Positions 46,448-56,373 of a DNA stretch of 64,000 nt are shown here, piece by piece. The stretch lies in assembly GCA_964406795.1 (NCBI GenBank), contig CAYOTA010000002.1, forward strand, positions 17,549 to 81,548, read 5' to 3'. The translations under genes were made by a program, and so were the position numbers. Source of the DNA: an uncultured Gammaproteobacteria bacterium (lineage in GTDB: Bacteria > Patescibacteriota > Microgenomatia > Levybacterales > GWA1-39-11). The notes below the pieces were generated by a model that was given only the letters and a program-made list of their open reading frames with translations, made no database searches and was not told where the DNA came from. The stretch's first letter is position 1; each line of letters begins with the position of its first letter.

Positions 46448-47785
46448 TTAGCTTTTTTGATATTCTTTATTAAGCATGGTGTATGATTTTGTTTTCATGG
46501 CAAAGAGTGTCACAATAAGACCGGTTAGGCCAGCTGCCATAAACACAAGTGCTATTCCCCTGCCTGGCCCTACACCAAACCAGCCACCAATCAATTCTAC
46601 TCCCGCACCTGTTGTCATAAACGGTATAAATATAAATTGAGTGATTGGTCCTATAAAAAACGCAGTGAGAGGTGAGGCTGCCTGTTCTACACTTTGCTGG
46701 AATCCAAATACTCGACCTTGGCGTTCGGGAGGTACAACTTTTTGAATAACAGTCTGCTCTGCTGCTTCTGCAAATGGAATTAATGTCATCCACGCAAACA
46801 TACCTATTCCCATCAAAATAATGGACGGCTGGATTACAAAGAATATAGACATAATCCACATGGCAATATTTGCTATGAAAAGAGTTCTTAACGGCTTTTT
46901 CCCCAAGCCCTTTTTAGCAATAAATAACCCACCCACTATAAATCCAAGACTTAAAATACCCCACATAAATCCCCAGACTTGTACGCTTACTAAGTTCAGT
47001 CCATACGCGTCCATGAGAGCCATAAATGCACCACCTAAAAAATTATTTATAGTTGCAAAAAAGATAAGCGCCATCAGTCCTGGGATTCCCATAACTACTT
47101 TTAATGTGCCACGAATATCCAGTTTTTTAGGATTTTCTTTTGTGTGTACTATGTTTTTTTCAGGAATTGGGATGAAGAACAAATGAATGGCGGCCAACGC
47201 CGTTAGTACAATTGAGATAGTAAGCACACCGGAAATACCTGTGTATGCTAAAGCTACTCCCGAGAAAACTGAGCAAATAGTAAAAGAAAGTCCCATAATA
47301 GTTCCTGATAGTCCATTTGCTTTATCATGTAGTTTTTCAGGCACCAAAATTGTGACAAGTGTGGGAAGCGCTATGTTTCGAATATTTGCGGCAATAACTC
47401 CTAAAAGCAATATAGTTGTTAAAACCCAAAAAAGCGGATTAGAAACTTTGTTAAAGGAATTAGCAGGAGCGCCTAAATAGATGAGAAGTCCTAAGGAAAA
47501 AAGTACAAGCGTTATAAGACTAGACACCATCATACTGCTCTTTTTCTTGTGATGATCTACAATTCCACCAAGCCAGAACCCCGAAATAGCAGTAATAACT
47601 AGATAAATTCCGGCAATTATAGATGTTGCCATGACTGACCTTGTCTCCAGATACACCCAAAAAGTTAGCGCAAACCACAAAAAGTTGGTTGTAACAGCTG
47701 CAATAAGAGTATTAGTTAATACTAAATAAAATGTCTTCATATGAGTATTATACTTTTTTTCTGTTTGAAAAAAAGTTGGAACCAA
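46448..47785 (-). CDS. MFS transporter
   Basis: About 12 TM segments. MFS-like motif GGIVDHHKKK after TM2. Confidence 0.7.
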   Translation of the reverse strand: MVPTFFQTEKKYNTHMKTFYLVLTNTLIAAVTTNFLWFALTFWVYLETRSVMATSIIAGIYLVITAISGFWLGGIVDHHKKKSSMMVSSLITLVLFSLGLLIYLGAPANSFNKVSNPLFWVLTTILLLGVIAANIRNIALPTLVTILVPEKLHDKANGLSGTIMGLSFTICSVFSGVALAYTGISGVLTISIVLTALAAIHLFFIPIPEKNIVHTKENPKKLDIRGTLKVVMGIPGLMALIFFATINNFLGGAFMALMDAYGLNLVSVQVWGFMWGILSLGFIVGGLFIAKKGLGKKPLRTLFIANIAMWIMSIFFVIQPSIILMGIGMFAWMTLIPFAEAAEQTVIQKVVPPERQGRVFGFQQSVEQAASPLTAFFIGPITQFIFIPFMTTGAGVELIGGWFGVGPGRGIALVFMAAGLTGLIVTLFAMKTKSYTMLNKEYQKS

Positions 47786-47839
47786 ATATATAAGTAGAAG
47801 TTAGTGAATTTTTAGCCTGTTTTTAGTATGATTATCCAC

Positions 47840-49060
47840 CTAATTAATAGGAAGAGAGAAATAAAACTTAGAACCTTTATTCTCAACACTTTCTACCCAA
47901 ATTTTACCTTTATGACGCTCTATAATTTCATAGGAAATAAATAGTCCCAGTCCTAGACCTGTTATGTTATTTTCTTTTTTGCCTTTCACTCTAAAAAATC
48001 TGTCAAAAGTTTTTGTTTGCTCCATTTTTTCTATACCTATTCCAAAATCTTGGACTGAAATTATGACGTTTTTTGAGTCCTTTATGCATTTAATAGCTAC
48101 TTTGTTTTTCCCAGGCGAATATTTTATAGCATTTGAAATAAGGTTTACCAGTACCTGTGCAATTCTTTCTTTATCCGCTGTAACTTCTATATTTACATCC
48201 CCACTCCAATTTACTACATGAGTATTAGTTGTATATTGAAAATCTGTTACAACACTTTTAATTAAGTCATCAATATTAATTTTTTTCTTATGTAAAGATA
48301 ATTTTCCATTTTGAATCTGGTAAACGTTTACAAATGACGCCATAAGTTGGGTAAGTCGTTTTGTTTGGATTGTCATTCTTGAAAGTAAATAAGCCCCTTT
48401 TTTGTCTTTACTTTGATTTAAATGTTTTTCCATGAGTTGCGAGTACAGTAAAATGCTGGTTAGCGGAGTCTTAAGCTCATGGGATACAATTCCAATAAAA
48501 TCATCTTTTTGATTCTCAAGCAGTTTTCTGTTAGTTATGTCATCAAAAGCCAAAAGGATTGCCTCAGTATTATTTACTTGACGGTATGTTCTTCTGGCAT
48601 TGAGAAGAAGGGTTCTTGGTCCTAAATGCGGAAGATCAATTTCAACTTCATAATTATCAAAATGAGTATTTGTTGGAAGAATTTTTTCAAGCAATACCTT
48701 TAATTTAGGAATGTTCCACGCATTCCTGTTTAGCTTATATACTAATTTGTTTTCTGTCTGCTTCGGGGTTAATTTAAACGTGTCATAAAATGCCCGGTTA
48801 GCAGTTAATACTTCAAGTTTTTTATTTATCACCATGAGCGGTATTTTAACCGTGTCCACAATTGCTTCTGAGTAGTCAAGCGCATATTTTAAAAGATCTA
48901 GTGAGTGTTGAAGTTCATTTATGTCTATTCCAGGAATAATACTGGAATGGTCTGGGGGAACAATGCGATGCTGTACAGCCTCCTTTACTGTAGCATGAGG
49001 AATAGTAGGTTCAGTATTACTCTTAATAATCTTAGAAAAATATTTTTTCTTAGTAAGCAT
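47840..49060 (-). CDS. Sensor histidine kinase (PAS - HisKA - HATPase_c), cytoplasmic
   Basis: H-box IVSHELKTPLTSI, N-box LVNLISNAIKYS, G-boxes QDFGIGI / GLGLGLFISYEIIERHKGKIW. Confidence 0.8.
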   Translation of the reverse strand: MLTKKKYFSKIIKSNTEPTIPHATVKEAVQHRIVPPDHSSIIPGIDINELQHSLDLLKYALDYSEAIVDTVKIPLMVINKKLEVLTANRAFYDTFKLTPKQTENKLVYKLNRNAWNIPKLKVLLEKILPTNTHFDNYEVEIDLPHLGPRTLLLNARRTYRQVNNTEAILLAFDDITNRKLLENQKDDFIGIVSHELKTPLTSILLYSQLMEKHLNQSKDKKGAYLLSRMTIQTKRLTQLMASFVNVYQIQNGKLSLHKKKINIDDLIKSVVTDFQYTTNTHVVNWSGDVNIEVTADKERIAQVLVNLISNAIKYSPGKNKVAIKCIKDSKNVIISVQDFGIGIEKMEQTKTFDRFFRVKGKKENNITGLGLGLFISYEIIERHKGKIWVESVENKGSKFYFSLPIN

Positions 49061-49146
49061 CTACAAGTATACATACTATATCACAAACCCCTGTACACGT
49101 GCTTAGCAATTAGTTTTTTCAATATATTAATCACGTATAATAATGG

Positions 49147-49735
49147 TGTGATAACTTTTTATATAATTCGGCATGGAACAAAAGAAGCTGTATCAGTGGA
49201 TCCTCAGTTAACAGAAGCAGGCAAGAAGCAAGCTCAGTTAACAGGAGAATTTCTAAAAAACATAAAATTTAAAAAAGTTGTTGCAAGTCCCAAATTCCGT
49301 ACACTTGAAACCGCTACGCAAATTGCAAAACAACACAATCTGAAAGTTGAAACTGATGAACGATTACGTGAACGTATGGAATGGGAAGGTGGAACATTTG
49401 AAGAATTTGTGAATGAATGGAATGAAACAGATAGAAATAGAAATTTACAACCCTCCAATGGCATGTCGTCGCTTGAAAAGGGTAAGGCAGTAAGGTCAGT
49501 TTTGGATGAGATTACAAATCAGGAGTCAGATGGAGAATTTGCAATTGTTACGCATGGTGGAACTATTGGGGACTTGCTAAGAAACTTGTTTAATGAATCA
49601 TCTCTAAACCACATCACTCATCCAAAATATAATGTAAGGTATATAGAGATACTTGAATGTTCTATCACAAAAATAATCTATGATAATGGAGCGTTTACAT
49701 TAGCATCAGTAAATGATACCTCTCATCTTTCCTAA
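49147..49735 (+). CDS. Histidine phosphatase superfamily protein (phosphoglycerate-mutase-like)
   Basis: FYIIRHGTKEA (RHG catalytic motif), IVTHGGTIG (second His). Start approximate (GTG). The upstream part of the long ORF overlaps the kinase gene and is discounted. Confidence 0.6.
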
Positions 49736-49823
49736 CCTTTTTTTGTATTTTTCGTGTAAAAATCTTACGGTTGGAAGCGCAAATAGCTATTTCATATTCT
49801 TACAAACTTTGTCATAATAAGGT

Positions 49824-51077
49824 ATGGACGATTTTTTAAAACGATCACTTGATTTACTCAATAAAGCTTCCGAAACTGCAGATATAGCTCCTAAGGTTTT
49901 GCAAAAACTTCTTAAGCACGATAATGTCATAGAAATGGATTTAAATGCTGGTGGAAAACGAGTAAAAGGTCACCGAGTCCAGCATAATAATACACTTGGC
50001 CCATATAAAGGAGGCTTACGGTATCACCCAAATGTAACAGTTGATGAGATGAAAGCACTTTCATTACTCATGACAATTAAAAACGCTGTAATAGACGTCC
50101 CATTTGGTGGAGGAAAAGGTGGAATCGCAATTAATCCTAAAACTCTCACAGAAATAGAATTAGAAGAATTAACCCGTGAATTTACTCGCCAGCTAACACC
50201 GTTTATAGGCCCTAAAACAGATATTCCTGCACCAGATGTTAACACGAACTCAAAAGTTATGGGCTGGATAGAAGATGAGTACAGTAAAGCAGTTTCATTT
50301 CCATCCCCTGCTGTAGTTACAGGCAAAGACGTACTAAAAGGAGGGTCAGAAGGAAGAACAGAGGCTACAGGTTACGGTGGAGTTTATTCACTGTTAACAC
50401 TTCTCAAAAAGATCAATAAAAAGCCAGAGGATTTAACGGTTGCGGTGCAAGGTTTTGGAAATGTAGGTCAGTTTTTAATTGAAGAATTACAAAAATCAGG
50501 ATTTAAAATTGTGGCAGTGTCGGATTCAAAAGGCGGTATATTTATACCCGGTGGGGTTCCTGATTCATTGCTCCTTTCAACTTGCAAAAAGGAAAAGGGT
50601 TTAATTGCCGGATGTTACTGTGTAGGATCTGTTTGTGATATGTCAAACAAGGATCAAGTCCAGGGAAAAGATATTACACCAGCAGAGTTATTGGAATTGG
50701 ATGTAGATATTTTAGTGCCTGCTGCATTTGAAAATGTCATACATGTAGAAAATGCAGAAAATATTAAGGCATCAATCATTTTAGAAATGGCAAACGGACC
50801 ACTGACGTCAGAAGCTGATGAGATATTAAACAAAAATGGAAAACTTATAGTTCCTGATATTTTGGCAAATTCCGGAGGTGTTGCAGTAAGTTATTTTGAG
50901 TGGTACCAAAATCTTAATAATGAAAAATGGTCAAAGGATGAAGTACTTCAAAAATTAAAGATTAAAATGGAGCACGCAACTGACCTCGTATTTGACACGC
51001 ATGAAAAATATGCTGTGTCATTACGGCAAGCTGCTTTTATAGTGGCACTTCAAAGAATTCAAAAAGGCAAAGAGTAA
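49824..51077 (+). CDS. gdhA: Glu/Leu/Phe/Val dehydrogenase family, glutamate dehydrogenase
   Basis: VPFGGGKGG (catalytic Lys region), NAD(P) fold GFGNVG. Confidence 0.85.
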   Translation: MDDFLKRSLDLLNKASETADIAPKVLQKLLKHDNVIEMDLNAGGKRVKGHRVQHNNTLGPYKGGLRYHPNVTVDEMKALSLLMTIKNAVIDVPFGGGKGGIAINPKTLTEIELEELTREFTRQLTPFIGPKTDIPAPDVNTNSKVMGWIEDEYSKAVSFPSPAVVTGKDVLKGGSEGRTEATGYGGVYSLLTLLKKINKKPEDLTVAVQGFGNVGQFLIEELQKSGFKIVAVSDSKGGIFIPGGVPDSLLLSTCKKEKGLIAGCYCVGSVCDMSNKDQVQGKDITPAELLELDVDILVPAAFENVIHVENAENIKASIILEMANGPLTSEADEILNKNGKLIVPDILANSGGVAVSYFEWYQNLNNEKWSKDEVLQKLKIKMEHATDLVFDTHEKYAVSLRQAAFIVALQRIQKGKE

Positions 51078-51137
51078 AAATCTTTTACAACATCCTCCCA
51101 GTTTGACATCTTTACTCTCCTTGCGTACAATGCGGGA

Positions 51138-52490
51138 ATGGAATTTTTAGCACTTAAATTGTTGCTCGCTATTGGAATTGGGGCCGCCATAGGTTTAGAA
51201 CGGGAAGTACATGGAAAACCGTTTAAAAGTGCTAATGAGGATGTAGCCCTTCATTCTGTAGGAGTGAGAACGTTTGCTCTCATTTCAATGTTGGGTACTC
51301 TCGCTGGTCTTACTATCTCATCTTTTTTTCCTTTTTTTCTTATAATTACAGGCGCATTTTTTTCTCTAACCTTGGCATATTACATATTGCAGTCTATTCA
51401 GTCAAAAGATAATGGATTTACTACAGAGCTATCAATCTTTTTTACATTTTTGATAGGTGTATTTATTGCAATTGATTTTCTTCCTTTACAGCTTATTTTT
51501 GCTTTAGTAGTCATGACAATTGTACTTCTTTCAAGAAAAGATGACATAAGAAATTTACTTGTTAAAATAAATAGAGAAGAAATAAATGCATTTGTAATCT
51601 TTGCATTAGTGACACTTGTAATACTTCCTTTCCTTCCTAATAGCGCATTTTCTATTTCTGATATGCCCGCTTTTGAGCAATTTCTTTCCACATATGGAAT
51701 TAGACTTGGAGAATTTGCAAAAGTTGAACTATTTAATCCGTTTAGATTTTGGCTTATTGTGGTTCTTATAACTGGAATTGACATGGCAGGTTATTTACTG
51801 ACAAAACTAGTAGGACATAACAGAGGGATTATTCTAACAAGTCTTGTGGGCGGACTAGTCTCATCTACTGCAACAACACAGGCTTTAGCAAATCAAAGTA
51901 AAGCGTCTAAAAATATAAATAGTTTAGTCGGTGCAGCAATACTTGCAACAGGAACATCATTTCTCCCCATATTTGTGCTGATTGCCTCCGTTAATCCCTC
52001 CTTTTTAGTAACTCTCACTCCTACTCTTTTGTCTTTACTAGTTGCGTCCGTTATGGTTGGATTATCTTTTTTCTTTTTTGGTCGCCGCAATCAACCAAAG
52101 CGCCGTAAAACTAAAGTCAAAAATAAAACAGAATCAGAAATATTTTCAATCGGCCCGGCTTTAAAATTTGGTGTACTTTTTATACTGGTTAGAATTATAA
52201 CTCAGGTGTCGCTTCTTTTATTTGGTGACACAGGATTTTTAGTGTCGTCTGCTCTTGCCGGATTTACCGGAATTGATGCGTCAACCCTAAACATATCAGA
52301 GCTAGCCGGTAAGAACATTGGGGTTGATCTGGCAATTCTTGCATTTATACTGGTTAATACAGTGAATCTAAGCGCTAAAGTATTCTACAGCTTCATACAA
52401 GGAACACGAACATTTGCACTTAAATTAGGAATTGGGATGATTGTTATTATTCTTTGTAGTCTTCTTGGGTTTACCTCATTACTTTTTTAA
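51138..52490 (+). CDS. MgtC/SapB-family N-terminal domain fused to DUF4010 membrane domain
   Basis: LLLAIGIGAAIGLEREVHGKP (MgtC-type start), then multi-TM C-terminal region. Confidence 0.6.
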   Translation: MEFLALKLLLAIGIGAAIGLEREVHGKPFKSANEDVALHSVGVRTFALISMLGTLAGLTISSFFPFFLIITGAFFSLTLAYYILQSIQSKDNGFTTELSIFFTFLIGVFIAIDFLPLQLIFALVVMTIVLLSRKDDIRNLLVKINREEINAFVIFALVTLVILPFLPNSAFSISDMPAFEQFLSTYGIRLGEFAKVELFNPFRFWLIVVLITGIDMAGYLLTKLVGHNRGIILTSLVGGLVSSTATTQALANQSKASKNINSLVGAAILATGTSFLPIFVLIASVNPSFLVTLTPTLLSLLVASVMVGLSFFFFGRRNQPKRRKTKVKNKTESEIFSIGPALKFGVLFILVRIITQVSLLLFGDTGFLVSSALAGFTGIDASTLNISELAGKNIGVDLAILAFILVNTVNLSAKVFYSFIQGTRTFALKLGIGMIVIILCSLLGFTSLLF

Positions 52491-52598
52491 ACAGTAGAAC
52501 GCAGATTTGTAAAGCCTGTGGAAAAGTGGTACGTCAAAAACAGGTAAAAGGCAACGGTCGAGCTTTTATTGGGAGGTAGACTAACTGTGAAGGGGAGT

Positions 52599-53012
52599 TT
52601 AGACTGCGGATAAAGTTTCTATTATTTGCCAATTGTCCTTAAAGAACACTTGGGTTAAGGGATGAATACGTAGCTTAGCTAATTCTTTTAGTCCAAAAAA
52701 TTGCAAATTACGACCCTCTGCTCTTTGAATGTTATTTACATGTTTATCAGTTAATTTCCCATGAAATAAGTGCTGTGTGGTGTCATCTAGAGGAGTGCTG
52801 GATAAAAGCTCAACGGTGTCAAGCATTATGTTTGTTTCTCGGAAAACTTCTTGAATGATAGTTTTTTCCGCAGAAACGTTTTTCTTTTTAATCTTATTTA
52901 TAAATCTCCACTCGTTTGTATTAGGTATGGGAAGCACATTATCTTGCTGTAAAAGAAGGACTTTTCCTTTATAGGTGAGTAAAATGAGGCATTGATCTAT
53001 ATATGGTGTCAC
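52599..53012 (-). CDS. NUDIX-like hydrolase with degenerate Nudix box
   Basis: ...SAEKTIIQEVFRETNIML approximates GX5EX7REUXEEXGU (spacing off by one). Confidence 0.4.
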   Translation of the reverse strand: MTPYIDQCLILLTYKGKVLLLQQDNVLPIPNTNEWRFINKIKKKNVSAEKTIIQEVFRETNIMLDTVELLSSTPLDDTTQHLFHGKLTDKHVNNIQRAEGRNLQFFGLKELAKLRIHPLTQVFFKDNWQIIETLSAV

Positions 53013-53079
53013 TATACTTAGTATAACACTAAAAGTAGTAAAAAGGTGGGTGAAAATTTTAATATGATGGTGTATAGTG

Positions 53080-53799
53080 TTAAGGTTGTTTTCTTGTTAC
53101 CATACTCTGATCACTCTCTCCCTCAAAATATTGAAGATCATATGTTTTAACAATTTGTTTAAACATAGTATTTAGGATTCTAACATTTAAAGCAATTACC
53201 TCGTCTTGTGTCATGTTTGGGTGAGAAAATTCAGTAAATCTATTTTTCATTTGCCAAGTCCAAAGATTCATTTTTTTCCTCACTTCTTCATCTGTTAACT
53301 GAGGTGTGTTTTCACCTCTAAAAGTAATCATATGTATAGTTCTACCTATCGAAAAAGATGCGGTAGGACTTTGAGCTGCAGAGTCTTCTAATAGCAATAA
53401 TCCTTGCCCGGTTAAGGTAGTATGAGAATCCATATTGCTCGAGGTGCTCATCAACATTGCAAGATACCTTGATTCAAGCCCTCGTCTTTTTGCTTCCTGC
53501 TTAGACAATGGCGAAGTTGAAGTAATTATTGTAACGTTTTCCGAATTTGACTTGGTAAACGAAGTTTTTGGAATCAGTACTTTTTCGGATCCGGTAACAT
53601 AAATAGGCTTTACAAAATTTCCATCGTTAGGATATGATGCATTTGTCAATGATCTTGCTTCATCTGTAAATACTCCTAGGTCAATTTGATTAACATCAGG
53701 GGAAAGTGCACGCCCCGGTTTAAAGTGCGTATCCACTAACACATCTCTTAAAAGAAGAGTCGGTCCAATTCCTTCAGCTGGTTTTCTCATTTCACTCAT
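53080..53799 (-). CDS. Hypothetical protein (239 aa)
   Basis: ORF only. Confidence 0.4.
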   Translation of the reverse strand: MSEMRKPAEGIGPTLLLRDVLVDTHFKPGRALSPDVNQIDLGVFTDEARSLTNASYPNDGNFVKPIYVTGSEKVLIPKTSFTKSNSENVTIITSTSPLSKQEAKRRGLESRYLAMLMSTSSNMDSHTTLTGQGLLLLEDSAAQSPTASFSIGRTIHMITFRGENTPQLTDEEVRKKMNLWTWQMKNRFTEFSHPNMTQDEVIALNVRILNTMFKQIVKTYDLQYFEGESDQSMVTRKQP

Positions 53800-53848
53800 A
53801 TCTATATGTCGAAGAAGTAATTATAGCTATATTAGTCAACAGTATCAA

Positions 53849-54466
53849 CTATAGGTCTAATAATTTTTTAGGGGATTTTATTATATAGTCAGGGTTGTGC
53901 TTTATTAATCCTTCTTCTGAGTTAAAGCCCCAGGTAACTGATGCAATTTTTATACCTGCTTTTTTGCTGGCTTCTATATCACGTATTTCATCTCCCACGT
54001 ATACAACTTCTTCAGAAAGCAACCTGTGATCCGCTATAATTTTTTTAAATATATTATTCTTTCCAAACATACCTATATCCGCATACAGAAATTCAAATTC
54101 ATCCATGTCATTATTAACCAAGAATGCTTTTACGTTTTCTCGCCCATTTGACGTAACTATTCCCAATTTATAACCTTTTTCCTTTAAACTTTTGAGTACA
54201 AGTGGCAAACCGGGAAATGTTTTGAGAGTTTGTATATGCTGGCCTTGCATACGTTTCATGTCACGTGCCATGAATGGAATTTTGTATAGTGGTATTTTAA
54301 GACGTTTTATTAAATCTCCTGCACTTTCGCGTCTAAGTTCTGGGATATCTTCTTTGGGAATTTTTGGAAGTTTATATTTTGCTGTCATTAAGTCTACAAT
54401 GCCCAAAAAATTATCAAATGAATCTGCCAGGGTTCCATCAAAATCAAACATGATTAACTTAGTCAT
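53849..54466 (-). CDS. HAD-superfamily hydrolase, subfamily IA (phosphoglycolate-phosphatase-like)
   Basis: LIMFDFDGTLADS (motif I DxDGT), VTSNG, VGDEIRDIEASKKAG (motifs III/IV). Confidence 0.75.
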   Translation of the reverse strand: MTKLIMFDFDGTLADSFDNFLGIVDLMTAKYKLPKIPKEDIPELRRESAGDLIKRLKIPLYKIPFMARDMKRMQGQHIQTLKTFPGLPLVLKSLKEKGYKLGIVTSNGRENVKAFLVNNDMDEFEFLYADIGMFGKNNIFKKIIADHRLLSEEVVYVGDEIRDIEASKKAGIKIASVTWGFNSEEGLIKHNPDYIIKSPKKLLDL

Positions 54467-54565
54467 ACAATTATTATATAGAAAAAATGAAAACGTTTCG
54501 AGTTTACTTATAAATTTTTGGCGGTATCTACTCAGCCGTTATTTCTTTCTTTGTAGAAGCAAATA

Positions 54566-54590
54566 ATTTTACACCCGGGTGTACAAAACT
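54566..54590 (-). terminator. Perfect palindrome TTTTACACCCGGGTGTACAAAA (putative terminator)
   Basis: 14-bp perfect palindrome TACACCCGGGTGTA flanked by A/T runs, directly after the stop of the 35-aa ORF. Confidence 0.4.
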
Positions 54591-54593
54591 TAC

Positions 54594-54701
54594 TTATGAG
54601 CCGGCTAGCGGCCATGAATCTACAATTCCTACTGCTAAATGAACATATACGAGAGCCAAGACTACTAAGACTGAGAATCCTATTATGATTTTCTTTTTCA
54701 T
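54594..54701 (-). CDS. Small hydrophobic peptide (35 aa) downstream of the XRE regulator
   Basis: GGAGGTGATAGAATG RBS. MKKKIIIGFSVLVVLALVYVHLAVGIVDSWPLAGS. Confidence 0.4.
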   Translation of the reverse strand: MKKKIIIGFSVLVVLALVYVHLAVGIVDSWPLAGS

Positions 54702-54714
54702 TCTATCACCTCCT

Positions 54715-54918
54715 TTACTCTTTATATTCCAAAATATCTCCTGGTTGGCAGTCTAAAGCTTTACATATTGCTTCTAAGGTTGAAAATCTGATTGCTTTTG
54801 CTTTTCCATTTTTAAGAATAGACAAATTTGCCATAGTAATACCTACTTTTTCAGTAAGCTCTGTTACGCTCATTTTGCGCTTTGCCAACATCACATCTAT
54901 GTTTACGATTATTCCCAT
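54715..54918 (-). CDS. XRE/Cro-CI family HTH transcriptional regulator (YozG-like)
   Basis: MSVTELTEKVGITMANLSILKNGKAKAIRFSTLEAICKALDCQPGDI, the classic 67-aa YozG-type HTH. Confidence 0.8.
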   Translation of the reverse strand: MGIIVNIDVMLAKRKMSVTELTEKVGITMANLSILKNGKAKAIRFSTLEAICKALDCQPGDILEYKE

Positions 54919-54934
54919 TTATACCTGCCTTCTA

Positions 54935-55414
54935 TTACACGGTTAAGTCATTTTCAGACTTAATGTCTACTGCGTTTTGTAAAAGAGCTTGGAAAACCGC
55001 TGCAGCAGTTGCGACCACAATAGCTGCAAAAATAAGGACAACTCCGATTAACACTACTCCAGGGGAATCATCATCATGTGCGAATGCAAAAATATATGGC
55101 ATAGTGGGAAGAACAAATACAGCAAATGCTAACGCACAGTATTTAATGTTTCTGAGTCTATGTACTCCGGCCTTTGTAAATGTCTTACTGTGTTCTATAA
55201 GTCCCAGTAATTTAAACGCTTGGTAAATTGCCCAAAAAAAAGGGATGGACGTTAGATATATATATGCTAAAAATGGATCCTGAAAGTATATTTGAAAAAG
55301 ATTGTGATTTACATTTCTACCTTCGGCTGTTGGAAAGAAAAGTAGACCTGATAACACACTCAGTCCAATCAAAACTAGTACAGTTTTTAAAAATGTTGTA
55401 GAACCACGTTTCAT
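54935..55414 (-). CDS. DUF2975-like membrane protein, partner of the YozG-type regulator
   Basis: Four TM helices. Conserved gene pair with a downstream small XRE regulator. Confidence 0.6.
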   Translation of the reverse strand: MKRGSTTFLKTVLVLIGLSVLSGLLFFPTAEGRNVNHNLFQIYFQDPFLAYIYLTSIPFFWAIYQAFKLLGLIEHSKTFTKAGVHRLRNIKYCALAFAVFVLPTMPYIFAFAHDDDSPGVVLIGVVLIFAAIVVATAAAVFQALLQNAVDIKSENDLTV

Positions 55415-55506
55415 AATAATATACTCGACTTTCTCTATTGTAGATCAATATATATTGTTTGTCAATATATAATTATTAATATTCAATATATTTGTATGAA
55501 AATCAC

Positions 55507-56043
55507 CTACTTTTTAACAGAAAATGCTGTGTCATCTATTATTCCTGTTTTCCAGATAGTTTCATCTTTTAACAATTTCACATATTTCCCTCCGGACTTT
55601 TCTGCAAGAAACAGGTTAGTTGAAATTAACATACCTCCCCTTTCGAGTAGATTGTATAGTTGAAGAACAAATTTTCTTTGCGGAACAAATCCATCGTAGA
55701 ATATTAGATCAAATTTTTGAGTAAATGTCGGCATTGTGTCTTCGGCAGTTCCTGTATGTGTTCTAATCTGCTTATCAACTCCAAATTCCTTAAAATATTC
55801 TTTTGCTAGTTTTATATGAAGCGAATTTTTATCAATTGTGTGGATTTGAGCTGACTTACTTCCCAAGGCAAGACAGACCGTAGAATATCCTATTCCAGTA
55901 CCTACCTCTAAAATGTTCTCAGCTTTGGTTGCTGCCACAAGTGAGGTTAAGACACTTCCATACGCGTACGGCATTGCACCACAATCCTCAAAATGCTCCT
56001 TCTGATGTTTAATTGCCAACTCATAAAATTCAGAGATAGTCAT
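55507..56043 (-). CDS. Class I SAM-dependent O-methyltransferase (family 3-like)
   Basis: ILEVGTGIGYSTVCLA (motif I), FDLIFYDG. 178 aa. Confidence 0.65.
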   Translation of the reverse strand: MTISEFYELAIKHQKEHFEDCGAMPYAYGSVLTSLVAATKAENILEVGTGIGYSTVCLALGSKSAQIHTIDKNSLHIKLAKEYFKEFGVDKQIRTHTGTAEDTMPTFTQKFDLIFYDGFVPQRKFVLQLYNLLERGGMLISTNLFLAEKSGGKYVKLLKDETIWKTGIIDDTAFSVKK

Positions 56044-56117
56044 AAGTTACTGATGATAAGTACAACAGATCATACTATCAACTGATTCCTGGATAATTTT
56101 GATCTACTTCTAGACAT

Positions 56118-56134
56118 GTGCTGGGACGCCTGGA
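56118..56134 (-). repeat. 17-bp direct duplicate of the tRNA-Gln 3' end (TGCTGGGACGCCTGGAT)
   Basis: Identical to 56160-56176, which spans the tRNA-Gln 3' terminus plus 2 nt of flank. Copies are about 41 bp apart. Confidence 0.55.
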
Positions 56135-56161
56135 TACCACAATTTTGACTTAATACTTTTG

Positions 56162-56232
56162 CTGGGACGCCTGGATTCGAACCAGAATAAACAGCTCCAA
56201 AGGCTGTTGTCCTACCATTAGACGACATCCCA
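56162..56232 (-). tRNA. tRNA-Gln (anticodon TTG)
   Basis: TGGGATGTCGTCTAATGGTAGGACAACAGCCTTTGGAGCTGTTTATTCTGGTTCGAATCCAGGCGTCCCAG. U1-A72 pair and G73, as in bacterial tRNA-Gln. Anticodon loop CTTTGGA. Confidence 0.8.
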
Positions 56233-56373
56233 ATATGCCCTTAAAATCAGGGCAATTGAATTATATTACGAGCCTGCCTGTAATACAAGGTAAAACCTGT
56301 AGGTCAACTTTTGGTAGATAAAAACAAGAATTGCTTAATTATTCAGTTGATTCTGATATAATCACAAGACTTC

